Notes: generated from the sequence alone by a model not told the origin. A DNA stretch of 62,689 nucleotides, filler included, from Sphacelaria rigidula (GCA_964200075.2; 5 parts of 5 records of this genome joined end to end with filler, not necessarily neighbours in it); one strand, 5' to 3'; numbered from the whole stretch's first letter, positions 23,410 to 38,913 are shown. Numbers and translations are program-made.

Positions 23410-26400
23410 GTGAGATCAACTCTTTGCAAACGATACTCGAAGAGGGGGAATGGCATGAGAGATTGGTCAGGCGGAAAGTGTGATGAACTCAGGAAAAACT
23501 GAGACGTAGCTTGTGCTGTGCCCTGCGAGTATGATATGTGTGTGGTGATGGATATCGAGAAAAAGTCAGTGGGATACTAAAGCCGATATGTGCTGTTGAA
23601 AGTTCGGTAATATCGATGCGATATCCGATATCCGATGTATCGTATCGCGTGATATCGCATGATATCGTGAACGATAACTGGAGATTTCGCCTTCAACTTT
23701 CCCCGAAACGTGTAGGATCCGGAGACAACCTGCTCTTCACACATGATGCATATATCGCAGTTTTGCTGGACATGTGTTATGTACCCGGCAATATATCCCG
23801 GATATATGGGGATGTATCGGGATATGTGTATATATATCGATATTTGGGATACGATACCCTCTCACTGATTGTCTGTCCAGGTATTCTCCGAGGGTTGTGA
23901 AAATTCCCCCGACGATGCCAATCTTTATGGCGGATCTATATTCGGAAAAGCACAAAGAAACACGGCGTGCTTGTGATATATATCGGCTCGACGAGAAGCA
24001 CAAACAGCTGCCGATCATACACACTTTCCGTCCGCTCTGCGCGCTGTATCCCGTCAGTTGATTCGAAGAGCCTGTCATGTGATCTAGCGTTTCATGATGT
24101 TGAACCGGTTAGGGTGGATTCTGTATGAAGGGTTCCGATGCCGACCCATGTTTTATTTTTTTTTTCCGGGAAGAAGTATCTGGTTTTCGTTGGTGAAAAG
24201 GTGAGGACGTGATGAGTCAAAAATAACTTTCACGGTTGTCGACGCGGTGTGGAAGTAGTGCTGGTCCAATCCGCGATGCCAAAATGCCAGGGAGGTACCG
24301 GGCAAAAAGTAAGTTGGTCTCTTGAGACCACCAAGTCGTCCCGAAGAAGTGGGGGACTTGAGAGCATGATAAACATGCAGTGAGGAACAAAAGCCAGGAT
24401 CCATCACCCCCACCTTGCGGCTGTCAAACCCGCCTCATCACCGATACTGTCACCAGTGGTGAAACGCCGTTGGATTCAACAAGTCGCCCCAAGCTGAGGA
24501 CTTTCGGCTTCTTGCCGGTTCCGCCCTTTCGGGTGCTGGCTTACAGGCGGGTCCGCTACTTCAGTTAGTGTTTGATAGCTCATTGCTCAAGCAAATGGCG
24601 GCCGAAGAACTCTCCTAGAATCACCCCCCCCCGTGTTTTTCTCGTACGAAACGTATCGCATTGCTGTTTAGAGTGTGCTCCGACGATGCAGCGGCGTTCC
24701 ACCCTGTCGCACATGTCATCTTTTGCGGCGAATCCAGCCTTTACCGTTATGGCCGCGAAATGTGTACGTTCGTTTCTATGTATTCCACTGCGCACCTGTC
24801 TACCTTGATGTTGACGTGCAGAGGTGTCCCGGTTAGTAGGGCGGCCCTTGTTCAAACGGTGCCCGATTTCAGGCGGTGAACATCGGTTTGTACCAACACA
24901 TCTCGGGCAAGTACGATCCCAATCCACTCCAACGCTGAGTTCCACTTGAGAGTCGTTCAACGATAGACGGTGGGCGCGTACTTATTTGTTGCCTGCCTTA
25001 GTCGTTTGACCACTGACCATNNNNNNNNNNNNNNNNNNNNNNNNNNNNNNNNNNNNNNNNNNNNTTAATTAATTAANNNNNNNNNNNNNNNNNNNNNNNN
25101 NNNNNNNNNNNNNNNNNNNNCATTTTCGGCAATCGCCTTCACTGTGGAGATGGGCAGCACACAGGTGCACTTCCGGCGTTCCATCGACAACAACTGAAGC
25201 GCTCCAGCTACTACTACACCGTAACCCCACGCAAGCGTGTATAAAAGTTGTCAGCATTTAAGAAACGTCGTTAGAACGTATTGCCGGACCTTCGAAACAA
25301 GCCCTCTTTTCCTAGAGACTGCGACGTATTCGCTTCTCAAAGAAATCGAGATCCAAAACGGTTACCACTTTGTTTCGTGCGTGAGGTGGTATACTGTGTG
25401 GAACACTGTACCGCACGTACCGCAGCCGGCGATATACCTTTTTTCTCTTCCTGGGCAGAAACGCGTCTGCCAAGGGCACCGTCGTCTCCACAACCCCACG
25501 ACAGGATCTTTCCGTCGGCAACAGCGAAAACGCCGAGTCCACCACATGTCACCGACGTAATCTACAACAGACGAGCATCAAGAGTACGATTCAAGAACGG
25601 CGCCCTCATCACGGACGTGAAAACAAAGCATTCGGAAAACCAATGACCAAGTCCGCCATGCGCTCACGTCAAGTACAATATGACAATATCAAAGGACACC
25701 GCTGGTGTTTTCAGTCGTTGTACAGGAGCTGTTCGTTGGCCTGTCTTGCCTCTCCAGCAAGTTGTATCAGATGAACGGTTCGGCAAACGTCCAAGCCTGC
25801 GCAGTTCAAGAGGGTTGGTTTCAGGCTGAGGTGCACACCGTGCAACTCTAAGAGTACAGTGTGGGCACTGGTATCCTGGGCGGAGAAGATATTCCATTCA
25901 CTATTTACGGCAGCAAAAGACTACAGATCAAGGGTGCCTGCTCGTGTCACAGGCTGTGGTGTAATGTATCAAATTTAGCCGCCAATTCGGGCCCAACCTT
26001 ACATGATATCCTGAGTGCAGACACTTGCCCGTGACGCGTACTGCCGCAGAGCTCTACGACGAACACAGAGAGGAGCAAATGATGCCGTGGGAGTCAAGTC
26101 CACAGCGCGACCCGCCGCCCGACTTCATGAGTATTTCAAAACGATCATATCTCCCACTGAATGTGCTGTCAAGATCATTGTCGGGAGATCCAACTGTGAA
26201 GTGAGGTAAGTCAGTCCTGCACCGAAAATAAACAGATGCCAATGATAGGACATCTCGCCTCCTACGTTGTAGATAGAAGCCGCAAATTCGAAGCAGTCAC
26301 ATCTGGCCCTCGTTTGGGACGACAACTCTGCTTGGAATAGTGTCGCAACAATGCCGGCAGTAGGAAGGGACGGTGGATGTTTCTCCCAACTACCGTCTTT

Positions 26401-27879
26401 TGTTGTCAATCCTCACCGTCAGACCCTTCACAAACGAGAGCTCCATCGGCATGTCGAGCTCGCCTGCGTCGACGTCGGTCCCGCACCCGAGCTGAAGAGT
26501 AACCACAATTTCGCATACAGGCACAAATCGAATTTTGCACGCAAGCACAGGTCAATCATGTCGCATACAGCGTATGCGCGAAGAAAGCGTTCAGCGTGTC
26601 GTGTTCAAGTACCTGTGGAGCTTTTATTCCGCTATCGTAGCTATCATCGCTTGGTTTCGTTTCCTCGACGGACGTTCTTCATTGTGCATGCAGTACGAGG
26701 GGAAACAAAAAAGATCGGTGTGGTCAGCGGACGCGGGAAGGGAAGCGAAAGTAGAGCGCAGAAAAGGCCGGTCAAGGTCTCTACAGGTTCTCCGGCTCGG
26801 TGCCTGGAATGGCTGTATTCTCAACAGAGAAGTGTCTACCTGGATCGCGCGACGTGTCTGTGTGCCCTGAAGTGGATCCGGTGTGAATACATCGCACAAG
26901 ATATCAACCGCCCCTGCTACAGCACCCGAGAACATACTATTTGTGGAACGTTACATGGTTGGCCGTCGTATCCACTCGTTTCCGACCTTGTCACTGATCA
27001 TCAATATAGAGCCTCAGCCCCGGATTACTTTCAGTCACCCCAGACCAAAACAAAGACAATGACAGCCGCGCGCAGGTGCCATCCACCACTCACCATGGCG
27101 CACTTTCCGGATCCAGACACGGTTAGAGCCCTCTCGTGGGCAGTCTCGGGGACAGGAAGTGTGCGTTCGCGTGGAGTAGCTGCAATTTCGGTTCGGGTCG
27201 GAGGGGGCAGAAATAGGGGTGGTTGAGAGCTGAGGATTGCATATCACAGCACTCGCAAATAGGGAGACACTTTGCCTACGCTTTCCGGCCAGCAGCTTGC
27301 AGACGGTTTTCACTTCTCGTTTCCCTACTTACGTTGTTTCTCGGGGAACATGCACAGCAGTCGGCGTTGCTTCACGTTTGCGACGTATTGATTTGCCGCC
27401 AATATCCCTTGCCCTCGAAATGGCTCTTTCTCCCTGAGGGTCTATTCGTGGAACTCGGCACCACCATTTGCCGTCGAGTGTTCAGGTGAAAACAAGCAGG
27501 AGCGCCAACACCATGTTTTGCACACATGTACAAGTCCATCATCCTGAGCAAAAGGGTTATGGCCATCAAGTATGGTTTATGCATCAAACGTTTCTGACTG
27601 AATGATGCCATGTTGCTTGTTTTGCTACTGCTTCGTCATGGATTCGATGGGTTGAGCAGGTCTAGGTATGTGGACCACAATATCCCAAACGTAGCCTGCT
27701 GGGTCGCGGGATTAGACATACGGAGCGAAGTTTGGAAGCAATCGTGGGACGAAAGGCTGAGGTTCAAATCTACATGCGCAGACACGAACAGGCCTGGAAT
27801 ACTCGCCACTTACCTTTGAGTCTCCTGGCCCACCCAAACACACGCTGCATCCATGCCCCCACGAGCCAAATGGATCCGA

Positions 27880-28390
27880 CAACAATGGCCAGCATCAAAG
27901 GGTCCACGGGGGACACCTGACAGCCCGGCCCAATGTTGTCGCCGATTCTCCCAGCAAGCATGTGGGCACCTCCGGCCCGCCGAGGCACCAACGCAGGCGA
28001 AATCTGCAGCACCGGCACGTGGTCCTCAGCCGGGCAAAATGGGTGCTTTGAGGTCGCCATCGGCGGCGCCCAGAGCACCAAGGCCTTCCTGTCATCCACG
28101 GTGGCCTCGCGGTCGACCATGTTCGGCATGGGTTCGGTGGGTCCCGGGGGGCAGATGTCCAGGTGAGCGTGCGCTGATCGTGAAACCACGAGCGCGTTGC
28201 TCGTGGTTGCGGTCTTGTCGCCGCTAGACGACGGCGATGTTGACAGCTTGGGCAAACGACGTGTCGTGGCGTTTGCGCTCGGCATTGCACGTTTGCCGAT
28301 AGACACCCTGGGGGAGCTTGTACAGACGATTAGGGGGTACGCGGGTGGGGTCGTGAAGGGTGCACATGGTGAGCAATTTATCCTGCCTGC
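27880..28390 (-). mobile_element. Possible degenerate hAT-like transposase C-terminal relic
   Basis: GC-rich broken frames containing DKLLTMCTLHDPTR (resembles the LLDPR motif) and KALVLWA...LAGRIGD; weak resemblance only. Confidence 0.25.
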
Positions 28391-31300
28391 ATGCGTGTAC
28401 AGGTGCTGCAGTGAAAACGGGGTGCTCGGTGGAATAGGGAGAAAACTCCCTTGTATAGAAGAAACTCCCTTGTATAAAAGGTGAGAATGTTTCCTGGGCA
28501 AGGTGCACATACCGGTCAACATCAGCGACATATACCCCTCACGCACATTACGCATTTCCCTTACCGTCAACAGCAACAATCAATACAGACAGCGGGCAGT
28601 TCATGACTAGCACATTAACCTATATTGATCGATGTTTCATCCACGACCGCATGTCTCCACGATGTTTCAGCTGGGGCACAACCTGATCATCGACAACTTG
28701 ACGATTTCGACCCCCGAGCAATCCAAACTCAGAATCACTGTATTGATTTTCATACAACTTCCGGAGAGTGTCAGGAGAAACGTTTGGTGGAGAATTGCCG
28801 CGGCAGCTCTGTGGACAAAACGGTACATCGTCGACCTGTTACGTCGGGATGGTGTACTCATGATCATGCATGCCATAGTCATAAGACCATTGACGTCGGG
28901 TACGTCGGGATGGGGGTTCGAATCTCACTCGTACCGGCACATCTTACTGGTTTCCGTGATGGAGAGCGGAAAAGCGTGAGTTGCCGAAACAACCTATAAA
29001 AATCGATGCCTGCGAGGGTGGTGATTCAGTGCTGGAGAGCAAACTGCAACACGGATAAACGGAGGAGGGAAGGGTCGATCACTCGAAATTGCGGGGTCGT
29101 ACCGAGAGGGTGGGGGGGGGATTGAGAGCATGACGAAAATGGACAACATGACGGGCGAACAGGCTACTCTTCTACGCTTTCACAGGGAACTTTTGAAAGT
29201 GCTGTCCGCTGCAGTGGCACCACCAGGGTCGGAGAGCAGGATACACAGGAGTGGTCGGACGGCCCGAAAGGGTCTGCCTGTAGTGCCTACAGGGTAAGCG
29301 TGAAAGTATTCACATATTCTTGAACCATCACACACTCGGGTCTGCCCCGACAGTTGTCCGGACCACCACCTACCTCCCGACTCCCGCTTTGCTCGTGCTC
29401 CGGTCAACACGTTCCGCTGAGTGTACGAAATTCATTTCCCGTGCTCCGTCCCGGGCATGGCGCTGGTACCACAATAGCGACAGCGTAGCATGCGCGTTCG
29501 GGGCACGGGGGGCGGGAGAGGGGTCATGACCACGCGTGGCCATGCTAGCACGCTGCCCAATTATCGAGACTGCACTTAGGAGTGACGATACTCAGCCGCT
29601 GGTCACCTTGCTACGTTAAATCCCCCTTGACCCAACTCATTGGACATCTTGCGTAAGAGAATCCGCCTACTTGGCAGGCGCCGGGAATGAGGAGGGGAGA
29701 GTGTATCGCGCGCCCTTACTGGTAGGTCGTTCACCGCTCATCGTCGAGCAAACGGAGCCCAGAGCAACATGGAGAAAGTGAATACAAGCACCTTCTTGTG
29801 CACCATGACATATAATACCACTACGAGGCGTTCATTTCAGCGTATCCTCGTGGGGGGAAAGGAGGTTGGGCGACCCAATCACAAACAGCAAAACCCATAC
29901 GCGCAGGGTTAGCCCACCGTAAATTCACAGCTCAGTGCAGCACACGAAGATCATCAAGCTGGGGGAAGAATCGTCGTTTTGAGGGACTCATGTACTGGGC
30001 CACCAATGTGCTAAACATCGTTCTTCACGTCATCGCAGGACGCTGACAACCTAAAGGACTGATGTAGAGCTGAGGGCGCTCTCGAAAATGTAGTTCTGCC
30101 AGCGTTGGCGAGAAGGACTACCGCCCGTATCGCCTTCGGGTGTTGCAAAACGCAGCACAAGAACAGGCCGCGATCAGCTGAGCCGCATCCCTTGTCGACA
30201 CAATGTCGTGGAGTGAACTCCGCAAGCGAGGAGAATCAACTTGGGCGCGGCCACAAATATACCTCCTTGTGGTTACAAGCATCTCCACTATCATTTGTCC
30301 ACGTGCACGGTAGGGTTTAACGGCGACATGACAGTGGGATTACGTCACGAATTCTACCCTTACTTTCATAGTGGCAAATTTTGGAGCAGAAATTGGTCAA
30401 TACTGATAGGGAATGGACCGACGGAGAGCCGAAAAAGCGAAATGAATAGATATGCTCGAGGTTTTCCAGCCCACCACCATGAAACACCGAAGCCTCTTGT
30501 GGGTGTGGGGAAAACACAGGATCTCAAGGTGGAAGCGAGCTACATCGTGCATGGATATAACGTCACCGATGGTAGGAAACGACTGCCGATGGGAACAGCA
30601 ATAGCTCCAAATGGATGACGCTTTCAACAGAACAAAACTGACGAGGTGGCATCCCCAAGTGCCGGGGGTTCAAGGAATCGCGTACCTCGACATCGTCGGA
30701 GTCGCCTGCCTCGTAACTTTCCTTAGACGTTAACTGCGGGTTGTTCTTTCGCCCTGCGTCGACGCAAAACCTGCTTTGGGCGTATAGTGGTCAGCGTCGT
30801 CAAGACATGCTGGCCTCTTACTCCGCACCAGAAACATATCGACTCGTACTTGGTCACGGCCGTATGGCACTAAACATCATGAGGATCACACTATACATAA
30901 TGCAGCATATTTTACTCGAAACGGGCGAAACGCACGAGTGCGTCGTCGCGCTCTTGTGTTCGGCGGAAGTTAGTGTACACATGGACTTTCATCGCTGTTG
31001 AATACCGAGGAACTGAACGATGTTGGCACGCACCGCGATCACATCACTGTGTCTATACTGTGCTTAGCGCGGCGAACCACGAGTAATCACCTCACATACA
31101 GGTTTATTGGACATACAGTCAGGGCACCACGCATCTGTACTCTAAAGGTCGACGAAGCTCCTGCATACTACGCATTCACAGCGCGTGCATTCTTTCATCC
31201 TTGCGAAGAAATTGACGAAAGTCTTGAGGTTTCCTACGCTGTTATTTTGCATGCGGTAGGACAAGTCAGCTAACGTGCAAATCGAAGCACCGAATCCCGC

Positions 31301-32059
31301 CGTGTACCTCAATTGTGGTGTCACGCGTGGTGGGTATTGTGTGCCACACGCTTCGACGGATACCGACGGCACAAAAAAAGACGCACGTTTCAGCTGCAAA
31401 TCCATCGCATAAGCACAGAAAGCGATACCGACGAATACACGAAGGCAATACAATGCAGCAGAAATGGATCTGGCGTTATGGTGACCGGTCCTCTCGTTTC
31501 CCTCCGTATATCTGCGCCGTATTGGCGTCCGTCCCTCGCCCATACAGAGCTGGGGGGTGATAGCCCTTACCCAAACAGTGCGGTCCCCAGATACCAGAAT
31601 GACCAACCTGCTTCCGCGGAATTGCTTCTTCTGCGTGCACCTTGCTTACCTGAAGCTCGCTGCCGGGCTTACCGGGTGGGTTGTCGGGATCGGTACCAGA
31701 TCTTCGCCAAGCGTTTGTTTCACCTGCTGCATGTTCCTTCTTCTTCGTTTCTCCTAGGTTTAGCGGTTTTTATTTTTTCATTTTCCCTCTTCTTCCCGAT
31801 TTCCCTTTTTCGGCGACTGTTCCCGTTTATTCATCACGGGTACGTGTATCTTGTGACCACGACGGAATTCGTATCGGATCAGTTACTGTAGTGTGCGATA
31901 ATCGACTCATGAATCGACGCGATTTCATTGCTGTGTCGTTGCTACGTCGCCATCAACCTGGCGATTTTCGTGGGTGAGCACAAAAGTGCAAACGATAGCG
32001 TTTCTTCAGCAAGCCCCGTGAAACGTGTAGCACGAAATGGACATTTCGCGGTGCCTCAC

Positions 32060-32193
32060 CTCGCGATCGGCCTCAGGTGCTGCTTTACGTAATCCAGGAG
32101 CTGACCGCGGAAGCGTATAACTCTCTCAAACGCAGTCACCAGCCCGCCCCGTACTAGCTGCAGCAGCTGGCGCAAAGGCATACTTTTCACAAC
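32060..32193 (-). CDS. Candidate internal exon, unknown protein
   Basis: tgtacag acceptor, gtgagg donor; only one frame is open (VVKSMPLRQLLQLVRGGLVTAFERVIRFRGQLLDYVKQHLRPIA); family not recognised. Confidence 0.3.
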
Positions 32194-34701
32194 CTGTACA
32201 TAGTGGCACGTGCGGAGGGGCAAGCAAGCCGAGGCCTTGTACCACAAGTCGACGAAATGTAGTGTGTGTTGATGCCGCATGTCATTGAGAGCTGTGTTCG
32301 GTATATCGCATCTTACGGCGTTGTCCTGTGGCGAGAACAACTGCTGTCTCGATACATCATATCACGAAATAGCCGGTTCAGGGTCTACATCGATTCCCGC
32401 AACGATGAATAATAACTCCTGGTGTTTCGGTGATGTGGTGTTTCGGCGTCGTCAGATTCCCAATGATGATATGCACGAAAGACCCGGGGAACCTTCATGC
32501 CCGTCGTAGGACAGCTCAGATCGCCCTCAAACTTGGCCGTTCCGCGAGCATTTTTGCTCCAAATGGGCAATTGTATTGTTGACAACATTTCCAAGTTTTC
32601 GACTCTTTACCGGCGCCGAGGGTCCCGGCGTAAAGACCCTCGGAAGGCGGTTCAGAATGCCTCAAAAAAAAAAAAAAAAAATAAGCCCCCCCCGGAAGAC
32701 CAAAGAAAACCCGTAAAATTTTTTGTTGAGAAAAAAGGAAAGAATATAATCTCCCCANNNNNNNNNNAAAGGACACAAGCGAAATTTCTTATGAAAGATA
32801 TTCAAAAATTCTAAAAAAAAAAAAAAAAAAGTATGCCTCCCCGGGTAGTCCAAGGAACACCCGTACATTTTTTGGTTGCGAAACACGAAAGCCCCATACT
32901 CTCTCAACATACCCGAAATGGACACTTTTATACTATAACCAAGTAGTGGAGAGATGGATTGTTTCAAGCTCACTTCATCGCATTAAAGCGCAGAACGTCA
33001 CGCCGTTTCGACGAGACAGGCCATGAACATGAGCACACACGTGCTGTGGGTCACTCTGAAACTTTCGATGGACCACAGGGTCCAAGATCCTCGAAAAAAA
33101 GTTCTTGAAGGCCCTGAGACCCCCTAAAGCCGATGAAAAATCAAGACGTGATAAACCTCGTCCATCGACAGTTTTAGATTGGCCTATTACACATTTTTGC
33201 CAAATTTCAGGGTCTCAACTCTTGAAAACGGCGTGAAGTCATGCAGATGAATACGTTCAGGGTGATGAACGTGAACCAGTCTGTACATCTGTGTCATCAC
33301 TCACGCGCTCTCCTCGCGAAGCAGTGAAAATGTGCAGTACTCCTTTTGGTGTCGGCCTGCATGCATACATCGACTGTTGTCATGCCGGTACTGTATTTTT
33401 CTGTACCATATAGCCTGATTTTGTGTTCATAGACGGAGCAGCGGCGAACGCGCTCGGGGGGAAAACGCGTGCTGGGCGTCCGTCACTAACTCCGGCAGCA
33501 TCAATGGTATCGCGCACGCCGAAACAGAGGAGCACCTGGGCCTTCGTAAGCATAACACTAATATCGTACCTCACTCACCAGAGCTGGTTCGCTCTCTCAG
33601 CAGGAGAAATGCATCCTGAAAGCGCGATTCATCGGAATGCGACGCCCCAAAGAGCAACGCCCCGATACCAGGTTGTGTCAAGGGAGATGTGGGCCCAACG
33701 GACTTGCCATCGAGTTGTTTTTTGTTCTCCGTACTATTGACGGTTGCAGATAGCTACGCTGTACAGAAAATTTGTGCCACTTATCGAGGAGGTACAATAT
33801 ACCTTGATTGCGCCGCTGTCCACCCTCATGATCCAAAAGCAATCTCTCCGCTATCCACGTGACGGTGGATAACACCCCGTCCAGACTTCACGCTGCTATA
33901 GTAGCCCCCCCCCTACGCTACAGACAAGCAAATTAAGCCAAGTGCCATTTCCCTGCAAGTTTTCTCCATGAAATAATCGAGTGTAGGCTGTGTGAGGTGG
34001 AACGTAAACGTCGGTGCCCAGATTAACGGGGCGGGTATTGGCATTTTTGGGGGTGCTCTGCGCCATGCATGTTTGCTTCTCTGCTGGTGCTTGTGAACTC
34101 GAAGCCTTGTCGTTCCTCCCGCACGTGCCATGATACGAAAGTCAGCCTACGTGATCGCTGGGCCTGTCGAATCACGCCTGAAAACGGAGACCGATAGGTG
34201 AACAAGGAGAAATCTTGCTTTACGCTCGAATCCGCCGCTATTGATGGGGTTGGCGGTTCCGCTGGTCACTTCTACTGCAAGCATACTCTCTGTACTCCGA
34301 AGGACCACCATCTGTGCTGCGCTACTGTACGGTGGCTGCTGGAATAATATGTCGTAGAAACAGGGCTGCTGCCGTATGTATGCTGGACTGCCATCAGCAG
34401 TGGAAAGCTTTAGTCGACGTGTAGCTGTCAACATAGCAAGAACGTAACAACAGCGAGCTGCCACAGATTTCACCGCGTAAGGCGCACATCAGGCGTGCTA
34501 GCAGATACACGGTAACAGTATACGGCTATCGGAGACACAGTCGAGCTGGGCTGCCCTAGACGCGGCCTTGAGCTCTCACCGCAATATTTCGTCGACACAG
34601 ACGAGGTGGGCCGTGGTCCGCCTAATCGTCTGATCAAGGGGAACGCGCCCATCTGCTCAACAGTCTGGGCCATTTTTTCCCGTTGATTAAACCCCATGCC
34701 T

Positions 34702-34969
34702 GTGGGATGCCACGGTAGGGGTGCAAAAATATTCTCGAAGGTTAGACTTGCCAAGAGCCCCTTCATCTCACCCAAAACACGACGTATGAAATATGTGAGA
34801 GTACGCCAGGATTACTGTTTCAATGTGCTATGGATATCACGAATGAATTTGCAAACGGGGATGCCCTGACCCATGGAGTATATATATTCTTGTGCATGTA
34901 GAGTCGTTAGGAGCCCCTGAACCAGACAAGATTTTGCGCAAAAAGTGCACCCCTCCCGTAGTATTGCTC
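34702..34969. mobile_element. MITE of the same family as 17182-17437; TSD gcct/gtct
   Basis: TIRs and shared interior; empty site ccat-gtct-agtaattcct at ~51913-51930. Confidence 0.85.
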
Positions 34970-35479
34970 GTCTAGTAATTCCTATACCGTGCGGAGATAA
35001 CGTCTACACTACAGTCTATGAAATCCGAACGGTATAGTCTATACCGCAGATGATGACGGTTTTTTTTGTGCATATTCTCTGGAGCACGGGCAAACGATTG
35101 ATACCCTCAACTTTGCCTAGCTCGTTATCCATCTCGAAATATGGCGCACATGAAGTTTAATACGAAAATCAGTGTACTACGACCAGAGGCGATAAATGCA
35201 CCAAATCTGGATATCGCGCCTCAGTTTTTGAGAGTTGTGCTTCGAAATTTCGTATGGAGAAGCGCTAGCAGTGCATAATTTAAGAAGAAGAAAAAATGCT
35301 TTTGAAGGTTCCATTTCTTGTATTTTTAGTTTCTTACGGGACACTAGATGAAAAACATTGTTGTCGGACCGTATCTCAGTTTTTCAGCTCAGTTTTCAGA
35401 AATGTGATTTGAAACTTAGCACGGAGAATCGCAAAGGCAAGCTGAAGAAAAAAATGGATCTTAATTTTTGTTTTTTCAC

Positions 35480-35790
35480 CACAGAGGTTTTCGCGTTGTC
35501 GTGAAAACAAGGCCTTTTCTGCACTTAAACCATCCTCCACTAGTAGTGAAAATAGACACATATTCAACATGTCCCACTTTTTTTGGTTCAAGGCCAAGCG
35601 AGGTCCTACACAACATTTCAAAACACAAGTACCAAACCTGGGCCGAAAAATGGCCGGGAGAATACTGTTCCGAATTTCGCCCGGTCCGGTTTCTAAAACG
35701 CCCCGTCTAGACTCAATTTTGAGAGTTGAACTTTCGAATTTGAAACGAAGAATGAATAGGGTATGATGAATGAATATTTTCGGGACGGAC
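35480..35790. repeat. Dispersed AT-rich repeat family
   Basis: Colinear similarity to ~52070-52380 (gggccg...gccggga.aatactgt.ccgaatttc). Confidence 0.6.
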
Positions 35791-38329
35791 AGATTTTTTT
35801 TTTCGCGGGTTAACGCCATTTTCCTGAAAACTGGATAGCGATCATTGCCGTCAACTCATGGAGAAAAAAAAAAACTTACGCCCTGTTCTTTTATTATTAT
35901 TACTATGTCCTCTTCATTATCCGGACCACATTTGAAAGTCCAACTCTCAAACTTGAGCCTAGATGGGGTCTGCAAACCACATATTCGCGTCTAGGCCGGC
36001 CAAGCTCGTATATCGGTACACCTCTCCTCCTCTCCGGCGGTGAGAACATTCAACTTCGGGCATCCGAAACTTGAAACCATCAAAGTCGCGCAAGTTCGTA
36101 TCTCCGTTGACACATACGCCCCGTGCGTCTCTTTGTGTATTACCGTGCGTCCTTTGCTTCCATTGATCGTAGATGCCCTGCCTGGTGACCGAGTGCATGT
36201 ATATCAAAACACTTGAAATGGACGAGAATATAGATAGGTACCGCAATACGTACAGATATTGCTCAACCTCCCGACTGGTCCATGGCTGTCTGTAAACATA
36301 GGAGTCGGCACTACATGGCACTACATGAAAAACCTCCTTTTATTGGCCTGAATTACATGAAAAGGCCAATACGCACAGTCTCGAATCCTACAGTGCCGTG
36401 GGAGTCCCGGATCAGTGCGGTGGATCGCTAGGCCGCCATTGCCACGCTATGTTGGGACCTCGTGCCATACTGGTTTATTACAGTTACTTGATGTTAATGT
36501 GGAATATCGGATATGTCACAGGTGAATTCAACCATACTGTGGTGGGATACTGTACTCGCAAGGTCGCACTGTGGTGGGAACGCCGCTGAGCCGTGGACGC
36601 CCACGTGCCGCAGGGGCAAAAATCTAGTGCCGGGAGAAGCACGCGATATACCGCGGATATCTCCCTCCCAAACGCCCCCCCCCAAACACCCCGGATTTCA
36701 ACTTTAGGAAAACATGTCTTGGAAGTTGAAATACGGGTACCCCTGTCTGCAAACCGTAGTAGTGCATGAGAACCGACACCAATGACGCGTTCATCACGTA
36801 TACGAAGCAATAACGTGAGTATTGATAGAAACAAAATTCTGCTTGTGACTGGGGGTTCAAACCAGGGAGTGGCCATGCTTCAAGGATGCTGGTTCACTGT
36901 GCCATGCGCCACGACTTGCACATGGAACAAAAAAAAGGGAGATGGGAAAAGGTCACATCGCGATCTCTGCTACTTTTCCTCCGTTGGCCCCCTCCCTTTC
37001 CACTTTCCGGTCCAAATCTCGCCCCGTCATTCCCCACCCGTCGTCCTTTTCAAGATAACACGAGATGGTGTCAGCTACCCAAAAAGATAAGTAAGCAGCC
37101 GAACAGTCCCCGTACCACGAGTTGAGCCCACATCTAAACATTTCCGATTGACTGTCTGCTTCTTGTAAATAACGAAGTCGATTGCGATTCGATTCTTCGC
37201 GTATCCACCCAACAAGCCTCACACCGAAGGGGCAATGGTGGGCAGATTTTCCAGGAGTCACACCCCAGGATCCCCCAGAGAGCAAAAAAAGGGCGAGAGG
37301 GTGGGGGGGGGGTCGATGGGAGTTAACCCCCAGTTATCGCAGACAAGGGGAACAGTGAAAACTGTTCCAATAGAACTTCTGCCCGACTTTCCGGCCATTC
37401 TTCATTCATCGAGAGCCTGGGAGGCGGGGAGGGGGGGAAGGGGGCGTACTCATTTGTTGCTTGCTTTGGTCATTTGACCAATAACCACGCATCCCTTTCG
37501 AGACTATAGCCTCTGCCAGACGATCTGGACAAGAGGGCTATTCAGTGAGGGACTTCTCCAGAATCCACTGGCCTCACNNNNNNNNNNNNNNNNNNNNNNN
37601 NNNNNNNNNNNNNNNNNNNNNTTAATTAATTAANNNNNNNNNNNNNNNNNNNNNNNNNNNNNNNNNNNNNNNNNNNNAGCGCTGCACGAAACTAGAAATA
37701 GCGAAGTGCATGGTTTAAGGTTCCTTCCTGTCCTCTGGGGGCAATAAATAAATAAATAAATCGGAGCCAGCACAACCAACGCAGAATACAGTCAGTAGTA
37801 CAACAGTAACATGATGTCGCACTCTCCCTCTCATCTCTTACTACCTGTCGCGTGGTCGAGTCTACATGACTTCCCACTGCCAGCTCAAACGTAAAAATAT
37901 GCCCTGTGTTGATTATTTCGAAGGTGTCCTACACAAACATGTGATCTTGTTCCGCGTAAAAGTTGAGTTTTGGATCTTCCGTCGGCCGTGTATTCACCAA
38001 CTGTATATGTCACAGGCAGTACACGCTAGCTGCGCCCTGAGGCTACAGTGCTTGTCAGTGCTTTTTCGTGTATGCGAAAGAAAGAATGAAGACAGTACCT
38101 GTGGGTGTGATAGTCGGCCAACAGTATATGTCACGGGCTGGATACTGAAGCGCCAACGTTGTCTCTTGAAATTTTTGTCACTAAAGCTAGCTAGCTATTT
38201 TGAGGATACACCATTATGAATTCATACACACATGAACAAAAGTGAAATCGACTCAGACCTCGTGACACCCCAAGGATTCTCGGAACCTCGCAGCGAACAA
38301 CAGAAGAAAGCGAAGAAATCAGATGACCA

Positions 38330-38913
38330 CCCGAGTCACCATCTGAACCCTCGGATAGTGGCAAAACAGTGCGACTGGGCTGTGCCGCATGACCACCCCG
38401 ACCGTGGTGAGTTGGATCATACTTTCAATCGGAGCCAGCACAACCAACGCAGAATACAGTCCGTCGTACAACAGTAACATGATATCGCACTTTCTCTTCT
38501 CTCTCACTACCCATCGCGTGGTCGAGTCTGCGTGGCTTGCCACTGCCAGCTCGAACATAAAAAATGGCCTGTGTTGACTAATTCAAAGCTCAAGATTTTA
38601 TGCCCGCTTACTTCCCATCCACGAAAAAATCAAATGTGCACCCAGGTGCATCATGTTCACCATCTGCACCCTCGGATAGTGGCAAAACACGTGCGGCTTG
38701 CCTGTGCCGTATGACCACCCCGACCGTGGCGGCTTGGATCACACCATCACTCGGAGCCAGCACAACCAACGCGGAATACAGTCAGTAGTACAACAGTAAC
38801 ATGATGTCGCACTCACTTTCTCATCTCTCACCACCTGTCGCGTGGTCGGCACTGCCCAGTTGCACGTGTTTTGCCACTATCCGAGGGTGCAGATGGTGCA
38901 CCCGGGTGCACAT
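38330..38913. mobile_element. Tandem copies of a TIR element; complete copy at 38634-38913 with ~70-bp TIRs
   Basis: atgtgcacccaggtgca...ccctcggatagtggcaaaacacgtgc is inverted at 38848-38913; fragments of the family at ~10130, ~11745 and ~37760. Confidence 0.7.

Noticed and set aside
26351-27226. 291-aa ORF
   Set aside because: No recognisable domain or coding-like composition; probably a chance ORF.
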